59,055 bases of DNA, from contig JAEZEU010000116.1 in the NCBI GenBank assembly GCA_023432885.1, positions 1 to 59,055 of the forward strand. Direction: 5' to 3'. Shown in pieces: positions 8,707 through 19,514 of the stretch (its first letter is position 1; each line of letters starts with the position of its first letter). Under the pieces are notes generated by a model, which had not been told where the DNA came from, searched no databases, and saw only the letters and a program-made list of their open reading frames with translations. Both the position numbers and the translations under genes were made by a program. This DNA is from Pseudomonadota bacterium (GTDB lineage: Bacteria; Pseudomonadota; Alphaproteobacteria; Rhizobiales; Xanthobacteraceae).

Positions 8707-11700
8707 ATGGCGGCGGGCAAGGCCGAAAAATCGTGGAATTCGGCAGAAAACGGCGCGCTTGCCGCGCGGCTTTCGCGCGAGATCACCGGCGACGTCCTGT
8801 TCGACGCCTTCAGCCGCGGCCGCTACGCCACCGATGCCTCCTTCTATCAGATCATGCCGGCGGGGGTCGTGGTGCCCCGCAACATGGACGAGGCGCTAAG
8901 AACATTGGCGATTTGCCACGATGAGGGCCGAATAGTCACCCCCCGCGGCGGCGGCACCTCGCAATGCGGCCAGACTATTAATGAGGGAATCGTCGTCGAT
9001 TTCTCAAAGCACCTGAACGGGCTAGTCTCCCTCGATGTGGCGAACCGGACCTGTGTGGTCGAGCCCGGTATCGTGCTTGACGATCTCAACCGGCAACTGA
9101 AAAAGCACGGGCTGTGGTTTCCGGTGGATGTCTCCACCGCCTCGCGCGCCACGATCGGCGGCATGGCCGGCAACAATTCCTGCGGCGGCCGCAGCTTGCG
9201 GTATGGCACCATGCGTGACAACACGCTGTCGATGGATGCGGCGCTCGCCGACGGTACGCTGCTGCATTTCGGCGAGGTGTCGCGGAATCTGGCACAGGTG
9301 AATTCGCCTGACAGCGGGTTTTCGCTTTTCCGCGACATGCTCGATCTCGGCGAGCGCGAGGCAACCGAGATTGCCGCGCGCTTCCCGAAGGTGCAGCGCC
9401 GGGTCGGCGGCTACAATCTTGACGCACTGGTGCCACGCAACGCGGCGAACAACATGGCGCACCTGCTGGTCGGCTCCGAGGGCACCCTCGCCTTCACGAC
9501 CCGGGTCGAGTTGAAGCTGTGGCCCGTGATCCGCAACAAGGTGCTCGGCGTCTGTCATTTCGGCAGCTTCTATGAAGCCATGGATGCGGCCCAGCACTTG
9601 GTGAAGCTGCGGCCTATCGCGGTGGAGCTGGTCGATCGCACCATGATTGCGCTCGGGCGCGACATCGCGATGTTTCGGCCGGTGATCGAGGTGACCGTGC
9701 GCGGCGACCCCGACGCGCTTCTGATCGTCGAATTCGCCGAGGAAGACCAGGCCGACAATCTGCAGAAGCTGAAACAGCTTTCGGAACTGATATCAGACCT
9801 CGGCTTCGGCTGGAGCAACCCGCAGCGCAAGTGGGGCGGCGTGGTCGATGTCATCGAGCCCGCGACGCAGACGGCGATCGCGGATTTCCGCACCTCCGGC
9901 CTCAATGTCATGATGTCTATGAAGCAGGAGGGCAAGCCCGTCTCCTTTGTGGAGGATTGCGCGGTGCCGCTGCCGCATCTGGCCGACTATACCGAGCGGC
10001 TGAACGCGATCTTTGCCAAGCACGGTACCCGCGGCACTATGTATGCACATGCCTCCGAAGGCTGCCTTCATGTGCGCCCCGTGCTCAATCTGAAGCTTGA
10101 CAAGGACGTGAAGGCGATGCGCGCCATCGCCGAAGAAGCCTTCGCCATGGTGCGGGAATACAAGGGCTCGCATTCCGGCGAGCATGGCGACGGCCTGGTA
10201 CGGTCCGAGTTTCACGAGCAGATGTTCGGCGAGCGCATCATCGCCGATTTCAGGGAAGTCAAGCGGCGCTTCGATCCCGAAGGCATGCTCAACCCCGGCA
10301 AGATCGTCGATCCACCCAGGATGGATGACCGCTCCCTGTTTCGTTATGCGCCGGACTACCGCGTGGGTGGGCTGAAGACGCAGCTCGACTGGTCGGCCTA
10401 TCCTGGTGCCGGCGGCGGTTTCCAGGGCGCGGTCGAGATGTGCAACAACAACGGCGCCTGCAGAAAACTCGAGGGTGGCGTGATGTGCCCGTCCTATCGC
10501 GCTACGCGCAATGAAAAGGACGTCACGCGCGGCCGCGCGAACACGCTGCGGCTGGCGATCTCCGGCCAGCTCGGACCCGATGCGCTCGCCTCCGACGAGA
10601 TGATGGAGACGCTGAAGCTGTGCGTCTCGTGCAAGGCCTGCCGCCACGAATGCCCGACCGGCGTAGACATGGCCAAGATGAAGATCGAGGTGCTGGCCGC
10701 CCGCGCGGCAAAACACGGGCTTTCGCTGCGGGACCGGCTGGTCGGCTACCTGCCGCGGTATGCCGGCCTTGCCTCGCGTTTCGCGCCGATCGCGAACTGG
10801 CGCAATCGCAGCCCGCTGCTTCGAAACCTGTTCGAGAGATTTGCCGGCATCAGCGCCAAGCGCGCGCTGCCCGCCTTCCGCCGCGATGTGTTCGCGCGTG
10901 ATACGGAAGTGTTCGGCCCCCCCGCTGGACGCGAGGTCGTGCTGTTTGCCGATACGTTCAATCGCAGCTACGAGCGTGAAAACCTCGATGCGGCGCTGCG
11001 AGTGCTGGTCGAGGGCGGCTACCGCGTCCACCTGCCAAAGCCAGCCGATCGAGGCAGGCCGCTATGCTGCGGGCGCACGTTCCTGTCTGCGGGCCTCGTC
11101 GATCAGGCACGCGACGAGCTGGCGCGGCTGGTCTCCACCTATGCGCCGTTCACTGCGCGCGGCGTGCCGATCGTGGGACTGGAGCCGAGCTGTCTCCTCA
11201 CCCTGCGTGACGAGTTGCTGTCACTGCGCTCGGACAATGAGGCGAAGACGATCAGCGCGCACGCGCTACTGTTCGAGGAATTTCTGGTGCGCGAGGCCGA
11301 GGCCGGCCGCCTGAAACTCCCGCTCGGCCCTATAGCCGGCCAGGCGCTGGTGCACGGGCACTGTCACCAGAAATCGTTCGGCGCGTTCAAGCCGGTGGAG
11401 AAGACGCTGCGCCTGATCCCGGAGCTGAAGGTCGAGACGATCGAGTCCAGCTGTTGCGGCATGGCCGGTGCTTTTGGCTATGGCGCCGACACCTATTCGG
11501 CTTCGATGGAGATGGCGGAATTATCTCTGTTGCCGGCCGTACGCCGCGCCGATAGCAACACCATCGTCGTCGCCGACGGCACATCGTGCCGCCACCAGAT
11601 CAAGGACGGCGCCGCGCGCGAAGCCGTTCATGTCGCGCGCGTGCTGGCCTTGAGCCTCGACAACGCAAAATCAACAAGCTCTGCCAATACGAAGGAATAA
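8707..11700 (+). CDS. FAD-linked, Fe-S-containing oxidoreductase (GlcD/GlcF-like fusion)
   Basis: PRGGGTS, GSEGTL, GEHGDG, CNNNGAC, CVSCKACRHECP, CCG motifs; start uncertain. Confidence 0.9.
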   Translation: MAAGKAEKSWNSAENGALAARLSREITGDVLFDAFSRGRYATDASFYQIMPAGVVVPRNMDEALRTLAICHDEGRIVTPRGGGTSQCGQTINEGIVVDFSKHLNGLVSLDVANRTCVVEPGIVLDDLNRQLKKHGLWFPVDVSTASRATIGGMAGNNSCGGRSLRYGTMRDNTLSMDAALADGTLLHFGEVSRNLAQVNSPDSGFSLFRDMLDLGEREATEIAARFPKVQRRVGGYNLDALVPRNAANNMAHLLVGSEGTLAFTTRVELKLWPVIRNKVLGVCHFGSFYEAMDAAQHLVKLRPIAVELVDRTMIALGRDIAMFRPVIEVTVRGDPDALLIVEFAEEDQADNLQKLKQLSELISDLGFGWSNPQRKWGGVVDVIEPATQTAIADFRTSGLNVMMSMKQEGKPVSFVEDCAVPLPHLADYTERLNAIFAKHGTRGTMYAHASEGCLHVRPVLNLKLDKDVKAMRAIAEEAFAMVREYKGSHSGEHGDGLVRSEFHEQMFGERIIADFREVKRRFDPEGMLNPGKIVDPPRMDDRSLFRYAPDYRVGGLKTQLDWSAYPGAGGGFQGAVEMCNNNGACRKLEGGVMCPSYRATRNEKDVTRGRANTLRLAISGQLGPDALASDEMMETLKLCVSCKACRHECPTGVDMAKMKIEVLAARAAKHGLSLRDRLVGYLPRYAGLASRFAPIANWRNRSPLLRNLFERFAGISAKRALPAFRRDVFARDTEVFGPPAGREVVLFADTFNRSYERENLDAALRVLVEGGYRVHLPKPADRGRPLCCGRTFLSAGLVDQARDELARLVSTYAPFTARGVPIVGLEPSCLLTLRDELLSLRSDNEAKTISAHALLFEEFLVREAEAGRLKLPLGPIAGQALVHGHCHQKSFGAFKPVEKTLRLIPELKVETIESSCCGMAGAFGYGADTYSASMEMAELSLLPAVRRADSNTIVVADGTSCRHQIKDGAAREAVHVARVLALSLDNAKSTSSANTKE

Positions 11701-11703
11701 TTC

Positions 11704-12132
11704 ATGGCTGAACTGACCCTCGACGTCGCCCGCAAGATCCTGGATGTCGCCCTGGCAAAAGCGGTCGAGAAGAGATTCAAGCCACTGGTCATCACCATTC
11801 TGGATGCACGCGGCGCGGTGAAGGTCACGGCAGCGCAGGACGGCACCAGCCTGATGCGGGCGGAGATCGCCCATGGCAAGGCCTATGGCGCCCTGGCGCT
11901 CGGCATGGGCTCGCGGGCGCTGTTCCAGCGCGCGCAGGAGCAGGCCTATTTCGTCAATGCCGTGAACGCGCTGGCGCGGGGCCGGCTGGTGCCGGTGCCC
12001 GGCGGCGTGCTGATCCAGGACGGCTCGACGCTTCTGGGCGCCGTCGGCGTCAGCGGCGATACGTCCGACAATGACGAGATTTGCGCGGTGGCGGGAATCG
12101 AGGCTGCCGGGCTGAAGGCGAACGCCGGCTAA
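11704..12132 (+). CDS. glcG: GlcG/HbpS family heme-binding protein
   Basis: AHGKAYGA, PGGVLI, GAVGVSGD, DEICA. Confidence 0.85.
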   Translation: MAELTLDVARKILDVALAKAVEKRFKPLVITILDARGAVKVTAAQDGTSLMRAEIAHGKAYGALALGMGSRALFQRAQEQAYFVNAVNALARGRLVPVPGGVLIQDGSTLLGAVGVSGDTSDNDEICAVAGIEAAGLKANAG

Positions 12133-12915
12133 TTACTTGCCCGGCCAAGTCGGCTTGCGCTTCTCGCCGAAGGCCTTCATGCCTTCCTTGGCGTCCTCGG
12201 TCATGGCGAGCAGCGCAATCTGGCTCTCGGTGTAGGCGATGCTTTCGTCGAACGACATCGAGGCGATCGCGCGCATGGCGTATTTGCCGCGACGGATCGC
12301 GGTCGGTGACTTGTCGACAATGCGGCCGATCAGCCAGTCAATTTTGGCGTCGAGCTCGGCAGCGGGAACGACATAATTGAGAAGGCCGGCGGCGAGCGCG
12401 GCCTTCCCATCGAAGGGCTCGCCGGTCAGCGCCCATTCGTTGACGAGGCGCGGCGGCGCCATCGATTGCAGAAGGCTCATCACCTGCATCGGAAACACGC
12501 CGACCTTCACCTCGGGTAGCCCAAAGATGACGTTGTCGGCGGCCACCGCCATGTCGGTCATGCAGAGCAGCCCCATGCCGCCGGCCATGCAGACGCCCCC
12601 GACGCGGGCAATCGCCGGCTTGGTCGCGTTCTGAGACAGTCGCAAGAGATCGGCGTAATCGACATTGGGACGAGAAAAATCCATCGCAAAGGCGGCACCG
12701 CTGTTCTGCAGATCCGCGCCGGCGCAAAAGGCCCTGTTGCCCGCGCCGGTCAGCACGATCACCCGCACTTCCTTGTCGTCGTGAGCATCGCGATAGCCCC
12801 TAGCGATACCGGCGATAACATCGCCATTGAGCGCGTTGCGCTTGTCCGGCCGGTTAATGGTGATCCAGAAAGCCTGGCCGCGCTTCTCGCGGATAACGCT
12901 GCTATGATCGGTCAT
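12133..12915 (-). CDS. Enoyl-CoA hydratase/isomerase family protein
   Basis: NRPDKRNAL, FCAGADL, GGMG, GLPEVKVG. Confidence 0.9.
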   Translation of the reverse strand: MTDHSSVIREKRGQAFWITINRPDKRNALNGDVIAGIARGYRDAHDDKEVRVIVLTGAGNRAFCAGADLQNSGAAFAMDFSRPNVDYADLLRLSQNATKPAIARVGGVCMAGGMGLLCMTDMAVAADNVIFGLPEVKVGVFPMQVMSLLQSMAPPRLVNEWALTGEPFDGKAALAAGLLNYVVPAAELDAKIDWLIGRIVDKSPTAIRRGKYAMRAIASMSFDESIAYTESQIALLAMTEDAKEGMKAFGEKRKPTWPGK

Positions 12916-12987
12916 GGTCCCACTCGCCTGTTCGCCAAAATGCTCGCAAGCATTTGCGACAGGACAACGGCGGACTGCAAGCGCGAT

Positions 12988-15090
12988 CTAGCTCTTGTTC
13001 GCAGGCGCTGCCTTCCTGATCCAGACCTTGTTGTCGTGGAACGCGGCGCCGCCGACGGGCGCTACCGTCTCGGCCCCGGTCAGCACGTTGATGCCGCGTC
13101 CACCGATATGGGACTTGTTGGGGTGGATCGATTCCGCGATCAGCACGCCGCGACGCAGGCCGTCGAACACCTTTGCGGTGAGCGTGGTTTCGCCGCGCCT
13201 GTTGCCGAGCGTTACCGCATCGCCATCGGCGATCGAAAGCGCGGCGGCATCTTCGGGATGGATCATCACGGTCGGCACGCCTTCGCGCGCCTGCGAGCCG
13301 GGCGTCTCGTTGAAGCTGGTGTTGAGGTAGCTGCGTGACGGGGATGTCGCGAGCCGGAACGGATGCTCCGCGTCTGCTTCCTCGATGATGGTCCAGTGGT
13401 CGGGCAACCCAGGCATGTCCATCCATGGTCCGAGGCCTGCTGTGCCCCAGGGTGGATTGGCCCAGTCGGCCTTGAAGTGGAATTTCTTGTCGGCGTGGGC
13501 AAAGCCATCGAGATAGTGCGAGGTGCGGAAGTCCGGCTGAATGTCGCGCCAGAGATCGGCCTCCAGCGTCTCGATGTCGCCGTGGCCGCTCTTCTTCAGC
13601 GTTACGTCGATCAATTCGCGCGGCGTCATCTCGAAGCCCGGGTGCACCGCGCCCAGACGCCGGGCCAAGCCCTGAAGCACCTCGTGATTGCTGCGGCATT
13701 CGCCGGGCGCCTCGATCAGCTTGGGACCGACCGAGATATGCTGATGGCCGCCGCCATAGTAGAGATCGTCATGCTCCATGAACATGGTCGCCGGCAGCAC
13801 GATGTCGGCCATCGCGGCCGTCTCCGTCATGAATTGCTCGTGCACAACCATGAACAGGTCTTCGCGGGCAAAACCCTGGCGGACCAGATTCTGCTCAGGC
13901 GCCACCGTCACCGGATTAGTGTTCTGAACGAGCATCGCCTTGACCGGCGGGCCGCCTTTCAACGCAACCGCATCACCGGTGAGGATGCGGCCGATCTGCG
14001 ACTGATCCAGCCAACGCGTGTTGCGGTCAATCGCGTCATGGCCTTCGATGACGGACTCGTTGAATTTCCAGATCGCCGCATTGTTGAAGAAAGCGCCGCC
14101 GCCTTCATATTGCCATGCGCCGGTCACGGCCGGAATGCACAACGCGGCGTGCATCTGCGCTGCGCCATTGCGGCTGCGGGTAAAGCCGTAGCCGAGGCGG
14201 AAGAAGGTGCGTTTGGTCCGGCCGACGAGGCGGGCAAAGGACTCAATCTCCTCGACCGGCACGCCCGAGATAGCGGACGCCCATTCCGGGGTGCGCGTCT
14301 TGAGATGCGCTTCAAGCTCATTCGGGCAGTCGGTGTAGCGGTCCATGTAGGCGCGATCGGCAAAACCCTCGCGGAACAGCACGTGCATCACGCCGCAAGC
14401 AAAGGCAGCGTCGGTCCCGGGCCGCAACAGTATCCTGATATCCGCCTGCCTCATGGTCTCGTTGTTGTAGACGTCGACTGCCGCGATCTTCGCGCCGCGT
14501 TCCTTCCGCGCACGCGAGGCATGCGTCATCACATTCACCTGGGTGTTGACGGGATTGGTCCCCCAGATCACGACCAGATCGGAGATGCCCATTTCGCGCG
14601 GATCGACGCCGGCGATCTTGCCGGTGCCGATCGAGAAGCCGACGCGCGCGACGTTGGCGCAGATAGTGGAGTAGAAGCGCGAATATTTCTTCACGTGCGA
14701 CAGGCGATTGATGCCGTCGCGCATCACCAGTCCCATGGTGCCCGCGTAGTAGTAGGGCCACACCGACTGAGCGCCGAATTCGCGTTCCGCCGCGTCAAAG
14801 CGCGCCGCGACTTCGTCGAGCGCATCATCCCAGGAGATGCGTGCGAACTGGCCGGAGCCTTTCGGTCCGGTGCGGCGCATCGGATAGAGCAGCCGTTCGG
14901 GATGATGAATCCGCTCGGCATAGCGCGCAACCTTGGCGCAGACGACGCCGGCTGTGTAGGTCTGGATCTTTGACCCGCGCACCCGGCCTATGGAGCGGCC
15001 GTCGATCACCTCGACATCGAGCGCACAGGCCGACGGGCAATCATGCGGGCACGTGGAATGGCGGATATCGATCTTGGCGGGCTGGTTCAT
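12988..15090 (-). CDS. Molybdopterin oxidoreductase (DMSO reductase family)
   Basis: N-terminal CPHDCPSAC, WGTNP, TETAAMADIVLPA, C-terminal molydopterin dinucleotide-binding region. Confidence 0.9.
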   Translation of the reverse strand: MNQPAKIDIRHSTCPHDCPSACALDVEVIDGRSIGRVRGSKIQTYTAGVVCAKVARYAERIHHPERLLYPMRRTGPKGSGQFARISWDDALDEVAARFDAAEREFGAQSVWPYYYAGTMGLVMRDGINRLSHVKKYSRFYSTICANVARVGFSIGTGKIAGVDPREMGISDLVVIWGTNPVNTQVNVMTHASRARKERGAKIAAVDVYNNETMRQADIRILLRPGTDAAFACGVMHVLFREGFADRAYMDRYTDCPNELEAHLKTRTPEWASAISGVPVEEIESFARLVGRTKRTFFRLGYGFTRSRNGAAQMHAALCIPAVTGAWQYEGGGAFFNNAAIWKFNESVIEGHDAIDRNTRWLDQSQIGRILTGDAVALKGGPPVKAMLVQNTNPVTVAPEQNLVRQGFAREDLFMVVHEQFMTETAAMADIVLPATMFMEHDDLYYGGGHQHISVGPKLIEAPGECRSNHEVLQGLARRLGAVHPGFEMTPRELIDVTLKKSGHGDIETLEADLWRDIQPDFRTSHYLDGFAHADKKFHFKADWANPPWGTAGLGPWMDMPGLPDHWTIIEEADAEHPFRLATSPSRSYLNTSFNETPGSQAREGVPTVMIHPEDAAALSIADGDAVTLGNRRGETTLTAKVFDGLRRGVLIAESIHPNKSHIGGRGINVLTGAETVAPVGGAAFHDNKVWIRKAAPANKS

Positions 15091-15164
15091 GGGGCAAAAG
15101 TTAGCATCAAAATCGGGCCCGGCCGAGTGGCTTTCCCTGGCTAATTTGGCGCAGAGGCCATGCG

Positions 15165-15790
15165 TCAGCCGCCGAGATAGGCCCCGCCGTTGGCGTGGAT
15201 GGCCTGCCCGGTGATGTAGCGTGCCGCGGGGCCCCAGAGGAAGCTAACCATGGCGACAACGTCGTGGTCCGGCCCGCTTTTGCCCGTTATGGGTTGGTGG
15301 TTCGGTGGCGCCGGTTCCGGCCAGCCTCTTCCGCTGCGTGCCGATGAGCCCGGGAACGAAGCAGTTGGCGATGATGCCGTCGGCGGCCAGGCCACAGGCG
15401 AATGCGCGGAAGCCCCGACAATGCCGGCCTTGACCGTCGTCACATGGGTGCATTCGCCGCCCCTGTGCGCTGAGACCGCCGATGTCGCACCCGCGCTCAA
15501 CGCATCCACGATTTGCTCGGCGTTCAGGCCGAGCGCTGCGCAACGCCGGCCGACGGCCCCCATCGCGCCGAACACCGCGGGCACGACGACAGCGCCGGCA
15601 TACACCGGGCCGCCTTCGAAGGTATCTTCGAAGTCCGCGCCGTGCGCCGCGGTGCCGTTGACGAAGCGATGCCCGCGGCGGTCAGGGTGCGCCCGTGCCC
15701 GATGGCGGTGCAGGGACCGTCTTCGCAGCCCGCAAGCGCACTACGCATATCTGCCTCGTTGCGCGCGGCGATGCAGAGGCCTATCACATC
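15165..15790 (-). pseudogene. Remnant: MmgE/PrpD N-terminal fragment joined to a short-chain dehydrogenase C-terminal fragment
   Basis: FVNGTAAHGADFEDTFEGGPV (MmgE/PrpD-like) followed by ANCFVPGLIGT and ARYITGQAIHANGGAY (SDR-like) across frameshifts. Confidence 0.7.
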
Positions 15791-15929
15791 GATCAGATCT
15801 CGTGAAAGGCGAAGTTGCGTACACCAGAGCCTATCCTTTATTCCGAGACGGGGCTTTTAGTCTATCGTCGACAGCACGTTCCCAGTGCAGCTAGATTGGC
15901 GGCACAAGAAACAGAACGGGGAGAGACGA

Positions 15930-16910
15930 ATGGGCGGCCAAAGGCTCGTGCTGGGGCTGATTGCCGCCCTTCTGGCGGCACCGGTTGCCGCGCCCGCATC
16001 AGCGCAGGATTATCCGGCGCGCCCCGTCCGGATTGTCGTGCCCTTTGGCGCGGGCGGGCCGGCGGATGTCACCGCCCGCCAGATCGGCAACATCCTGCAA
16101 GAGACTTTTGGTCAGCCTTTCGTGGTGGAAAACCGCACCGGAGCTGGCGGCGTGATCGGCACCATCGAGGCGGCCAACTCCCCGCCGGACGGCTACACAT
16201 TACTGATGATGTCGAACACGCAGACCGCGAATGAATCGCTGGTGCCGCCGGCGCAGCGCAAATATGAACTGATGCGCAACCTGGCGCCAATTGCGGCGGT
16301 CAACTATTCCGACCTCGTAATCGTGGTGCATCCATCGGTGCAGGCGAAGACGCTGGCCGAATTCATTGCACTGGCGAAGTCGCAGCCGGGCAAGCTGAAC
16401 TACGCCTCCTCCGGCCAGGGCACGCCCTATCACATGGCGGGCGAACTCTTCAAGACGATGGCGGGGATCGAAATGGTGCACGTGCCCTATCGCAACAGCG
16501 GCGAGGCACGCAGTGGTGTCATTGGCGGCCAAGTGCAGATGATGATCGACGCGCTGCCGGCGATGGCGCCGAATGTCAACGAAAAGCAGGTGCGCGCACT
16601 TGCCACCACCGGCAAGACGCGCTCGGCCGTCCTGCCCGACGTGCCGACCGCCGATGCGACCGCCGTACCCGGCTACGAGGCGACCATTTGGCTGGGCCTT
16701 ATGACGCCGGCCGGAACACCGAAGCCTGTCATCGACAAGCTGAACGCCGCGGTGAATGCGGCAATCAAGCGGCCGGATATCGAGAAGCTGTGGACCGCAC
16801 AGGGCGCGGTGCCGATGTCGATGACACCGGAAGAATTTGACAAGTTCCTGCGCAGTGACATCGTGAAGTGGGCAGAAGTCGTCAAGAAGTTCGCCGACAA
16901 GCCGCAGTAG
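15930..16910 (+). CDS. Bug/TctC family substrate-binding protein
   Basis: Signal peptide; YPARPVRIVVPFGAGG, VENRTGAGG, HVPYR. Confidence 0.92.
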   Translation: MGGQRLVLGLIAALLAAPVAAPASAQDYPARPVRIVVPFGAGGPADVTARQIGNILQETFGQPFVVENRTGAGGVIGTIEAANSPPDGYTLLMMSNTQTANESLVPPAQRKYELMRNLAPIAAVNYSDLVIVVHPSVQAKTLAEFIALAKSQPGKLNYASSGQGTPYHMAGELFKTMAGIEMVHVPYRNSGEARSGVIGGQVQMMIDALPAMAPNVNEKQVRALATTGKTRSAVLPDVPTADATAVPGYEATIWLGLMTPAGTPKPVIDKLNAAVNAAIKRPDIEKLWTAQGAVPMSMTPEEFDKFLRSDIVKWAEVVKKFADKPQ

Positions 16911-16917
16911 GTTCTTG

Positions 16918-17388
16918 ATGCCGCAAATTCGCTTCCGGCTGAATGGCCTCGAGAAATCCGTCGATGCCGATCCGGACCGTTCGCTGCTGGATATCCTGCG
17001 TAACGAGTGCGGCCTTGCGGGGCCGCATTTCGGCTGCGGCGCCGGCGAATGCGGGGCCTGCAACGTCATCGTCGGAGATCGCGCCGTTAACTCCTGCGAC
17101 ATGCCGATGTGGTCGGTCGCAGACAAGGACATCACCACACTGGAGGGGCTCGGCAGCGCAGAGCGGCCGCATCCGCTACAACGGGCCTTCATTGCCGAGC
17201 AAGCGATGCAATGCGGATACTGCATTTCCGGCATACTGATGAGCGCGGCGGCGCTGCTTCGGCAAAACTCCTCGCCTTCCAACGGCGATGTTAAGGCGGC
17301 ACTCGACCGCAATCTCTGCCGCTGCGGCTCGCATAACCGCATCGTGCGCGCCGTACTGCGCGCAGCCAGCGACATGGCTGCAAAATGA
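16918..17388 (+). CDS. (2Fe-2S) small subunit of a xanthine/nicotinate/isoquinoline dehydrogenase-family enzyme
   Basis: GCGAGECGAC, QCGYC, NLCRCG. Confidence 0.92.
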   Translation: MPQIRFRLNGLEKSVDADPDRSLLDILRNECGLAGPHFGCGAGECGACNVIVGDRAVNSCDMPMWSVADKDITTLEGLGSAERPHPLQRAFIAEQAMQCGYCISGILMSAAALLRQNSSPSNGDVKAALDRNLCRCGSHNRIVRAVLRAASDMAAK

Positions 17389-19514
17389 ACAAGCCCTCTC
17401 CGCCCCAACTGCCGGTCAGCGTTGCAGCCAATCCACGGCTTTCTTCCTGGCTGCAATTTTCGTCCGATGGACATGTCGTGGTCTCGCCCGGGAAGGTGGA
17501 AATCGGCCAAGGTATCATCACGGCGCTGGCACAGATTGCTGCCGACGAGTTCGATGTCGACATGTCCCGGGTGCGGATGCAACGCGCCTCGACGCCCGCA
17601 AGTCCCAACGAGGGCGTGACCTCCGGCAGCCTTTCAATCCAGCAGTCCGGCCGCGCACTGCGGCATGTCTGCGCCGAAGTGCGCCGCATCTTTCTGGAGA
17701 AGGCGTCCGAGCGGCTCGGCGCGGATGTCGACGCGCTCGGCATCGAGGACGGCACGATCAAGGGGCCGGGCAATGTCAGCACCAGCTATTGGGAGCTGGC
17801 CAATGAGGTCTCGCTGGAACGTGAGGCAAGCGCCGATGCGGTCGCAAAGCCGATCGCGCGGCGAGCACTTGCCGGAAGCCCGGTGCAGCGGATCGACATT
17901 CCGGACAAGGTGTTCGCGCACGCGCGCTTTCTTCAGGATTGCGCGCCGCCCGGCACACTGCACGGACGCGTGCTGCGGCCGGAAGTTTCGGGTGCCAAGC
18001 TAGGGGATTTGAAGGAGGGCGACACTCGCGACGTTTCGGGCCTTGTCGCCATCGTGCGAGACGGCAGTTTTGCAGGCGTCGTCTGCGAGACGGAACATGC
18101 CGCGGAAGCTGCGTTGAAGGCGCTGCGGAGGGGCGCGAGGTGGTCCGGCGGCGATACCCTGCCCGACGAGAACGACCTCGCGTCCTTCCTGAAATCGCAG
18201 CCAGTGGAATCGACCGTCATCGACACAAGGAAGGCGGCCTCGTCTCCTGCGACGGCGCGCACGATCAGGCGGCAATATGTCCGCCCCTATATCGCGCATG
18301 CCTCGATGGCGCCGTCTTGCGCGATGGCGCGATGGGAAGGCGATCGCGTCCATGTCTGGACCCACAGCCAGGGCGTCTACCTGCTGCGCACCGATCTCGC
18401 GCTTGTGCTGAGGGTACCGGAAGAGAACATCACGGTCGAGCACATGGAGGGGGCCGGCTGCTACGGCCACAACGGCGCCGACGACGTCGCACTTGACGCT
18501 GTCCTGTTGGCGCGGGCCACGTCCGGCCGGCCGGTGCGCGTGCAATGGTCGCGCGCAGACGAGATGTCCTATGCACCGTTCGGCGCGGCGATGGCGATCG
18601 AGATCGAGGCGGATCTCGACACGAACAACGAGATCGTCGGCTGGCGTCACCGGATATGGAGCAACGGACATGCGGCGCGTCCGGGGCGCGCGGCACGGCC
18701 GGCGCTGCTTGCGGGCACCGAGCTCGAAAATCCTTTCCCGCGCATGATCTCGTCCAATCCGCCGCAGGCCAATGGCGGCGGCGCCGACCGCAATTCGGTC
18801 CCGCTCTACGATTTTCCTTCCTGGGTAATCGAAAGCCATCGCCTCACAGCCATGCCGGTTCGTACCTCGGCCCTGCGCACGCTGGGCGCACAGGGTAATG
18901 TCTTCGCGATCGAGTCGCTGCTCGACGAAATCGCCGGCGATCGTGGCGAAGATCCGGTGGCGTTCCGGTTGCGCCATTTGCGCGACGAACGCGCAAAAGA
19001 AGTGATCCGGGCCGCCGCGAGGCGCGCGGGGTGGAAGCCGGCGAAGCGGCCAGGCATCGGCCACGGTATCGGCTTCGCCCGTTACAAGAACACCGGCGCC
19101 TATTGCGCCGCTGTCGCCGAGATCGAGGGCGCGGAAGATATCAGGGTGAGGAAACTAACGCTGGCCATTGACGTCGGGGAAGTCATCAATCCCGACGGCG
19201 TGATCAACCAGATCGAAGGCGGCGCAATCCAGGCAACAAGCTGGGTCCTGAAGGAACGCGTTCGCTTTGATCGCCGGCGCATCACCAGCACGAGCTGGTC
19301 CGACTATCCCGTCCTGCGCTTCACCGAAGTGCCGGACGTGGAGGTCGAACTGATCCAGCGTAGCGAAATAGATCCCGTCGGAGCCGGCGAAGCCGCGCAT
19401 GGGCCCGTGACCGCCGCGATCGCAAATGCCGTGTTCGATGCGCTGGGAGTGCGGGTGCGAAAGCTGCCGATCACGCGCGACGCCCTGATCGCGGCGATGG
19501 AAGAGAGTGCATGA
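17385..19514 (+). CDS. Molybdopterin-binding large subunit (xanthine dehydrogenase family, NicB/IorB-like)
   Basis: GKVEIGQGI, GAGCYGHNG, INPDGVINQIEGG, GAGEAA; overlaps the small subunit. Confidence 0.9.
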   Translation: MNKPSPPQLPVSVAANPRLSSWLQFSSDGHVVVSPGKVEIGQGIITALAQIAADEFDVDMSRVRMQRASTPASPNEGVTSGSLSIQQSGRALRHVCAEVRRIFLEKASERLGADVDALGIEDGTIKGPGNVSTSYWELANEVSLEREASADAVAKPIARRALAGSPVQRIDIPDKVFAHARFLQDCAPPGTLHGRVLRPEVSGAKLGDLKEGDTRDVSGLVAIVRDGSFAGVVCETEHAAEAALKALRRGARWSGGDTLPDENDLASFLKSQPVESTVIDTRKAASSPATARTIRRQYVRPYIAHASMAPSCAMARWEGDRVHVWTHSQGVYLLRTDLALVLRVPEENITVEHMEGAGCYGHNGADDVALDAVLLARATSGRPVRVQWSRADEMSYAPFGAAMAIEIEADLDTNNEIVGWRHRIWSNGHAARPGRAARPALLAGTELENPFPRMISSNPPQANGGGADRNSVPLYDFPSWVIESHRLTAMPVRTSALRTLGAQGNVFAIESLLDEIAGDRGEDPVAFRLRHLRDERAKEVIRAAARRAGWKPAKRPGIGHGIGFARYKNTGAYCAAVAEIEGAEDIRVRKLTLAIDVGEVINPDGVINQIEGGAIQATSWVLKERVRFDRRRITSTSWSDYPVLRFTEVPDVEVELIQRSEIDPVGAGEAAHGPVTAAIANAVFDALGVRVRKLPITRDALIAAMEESA

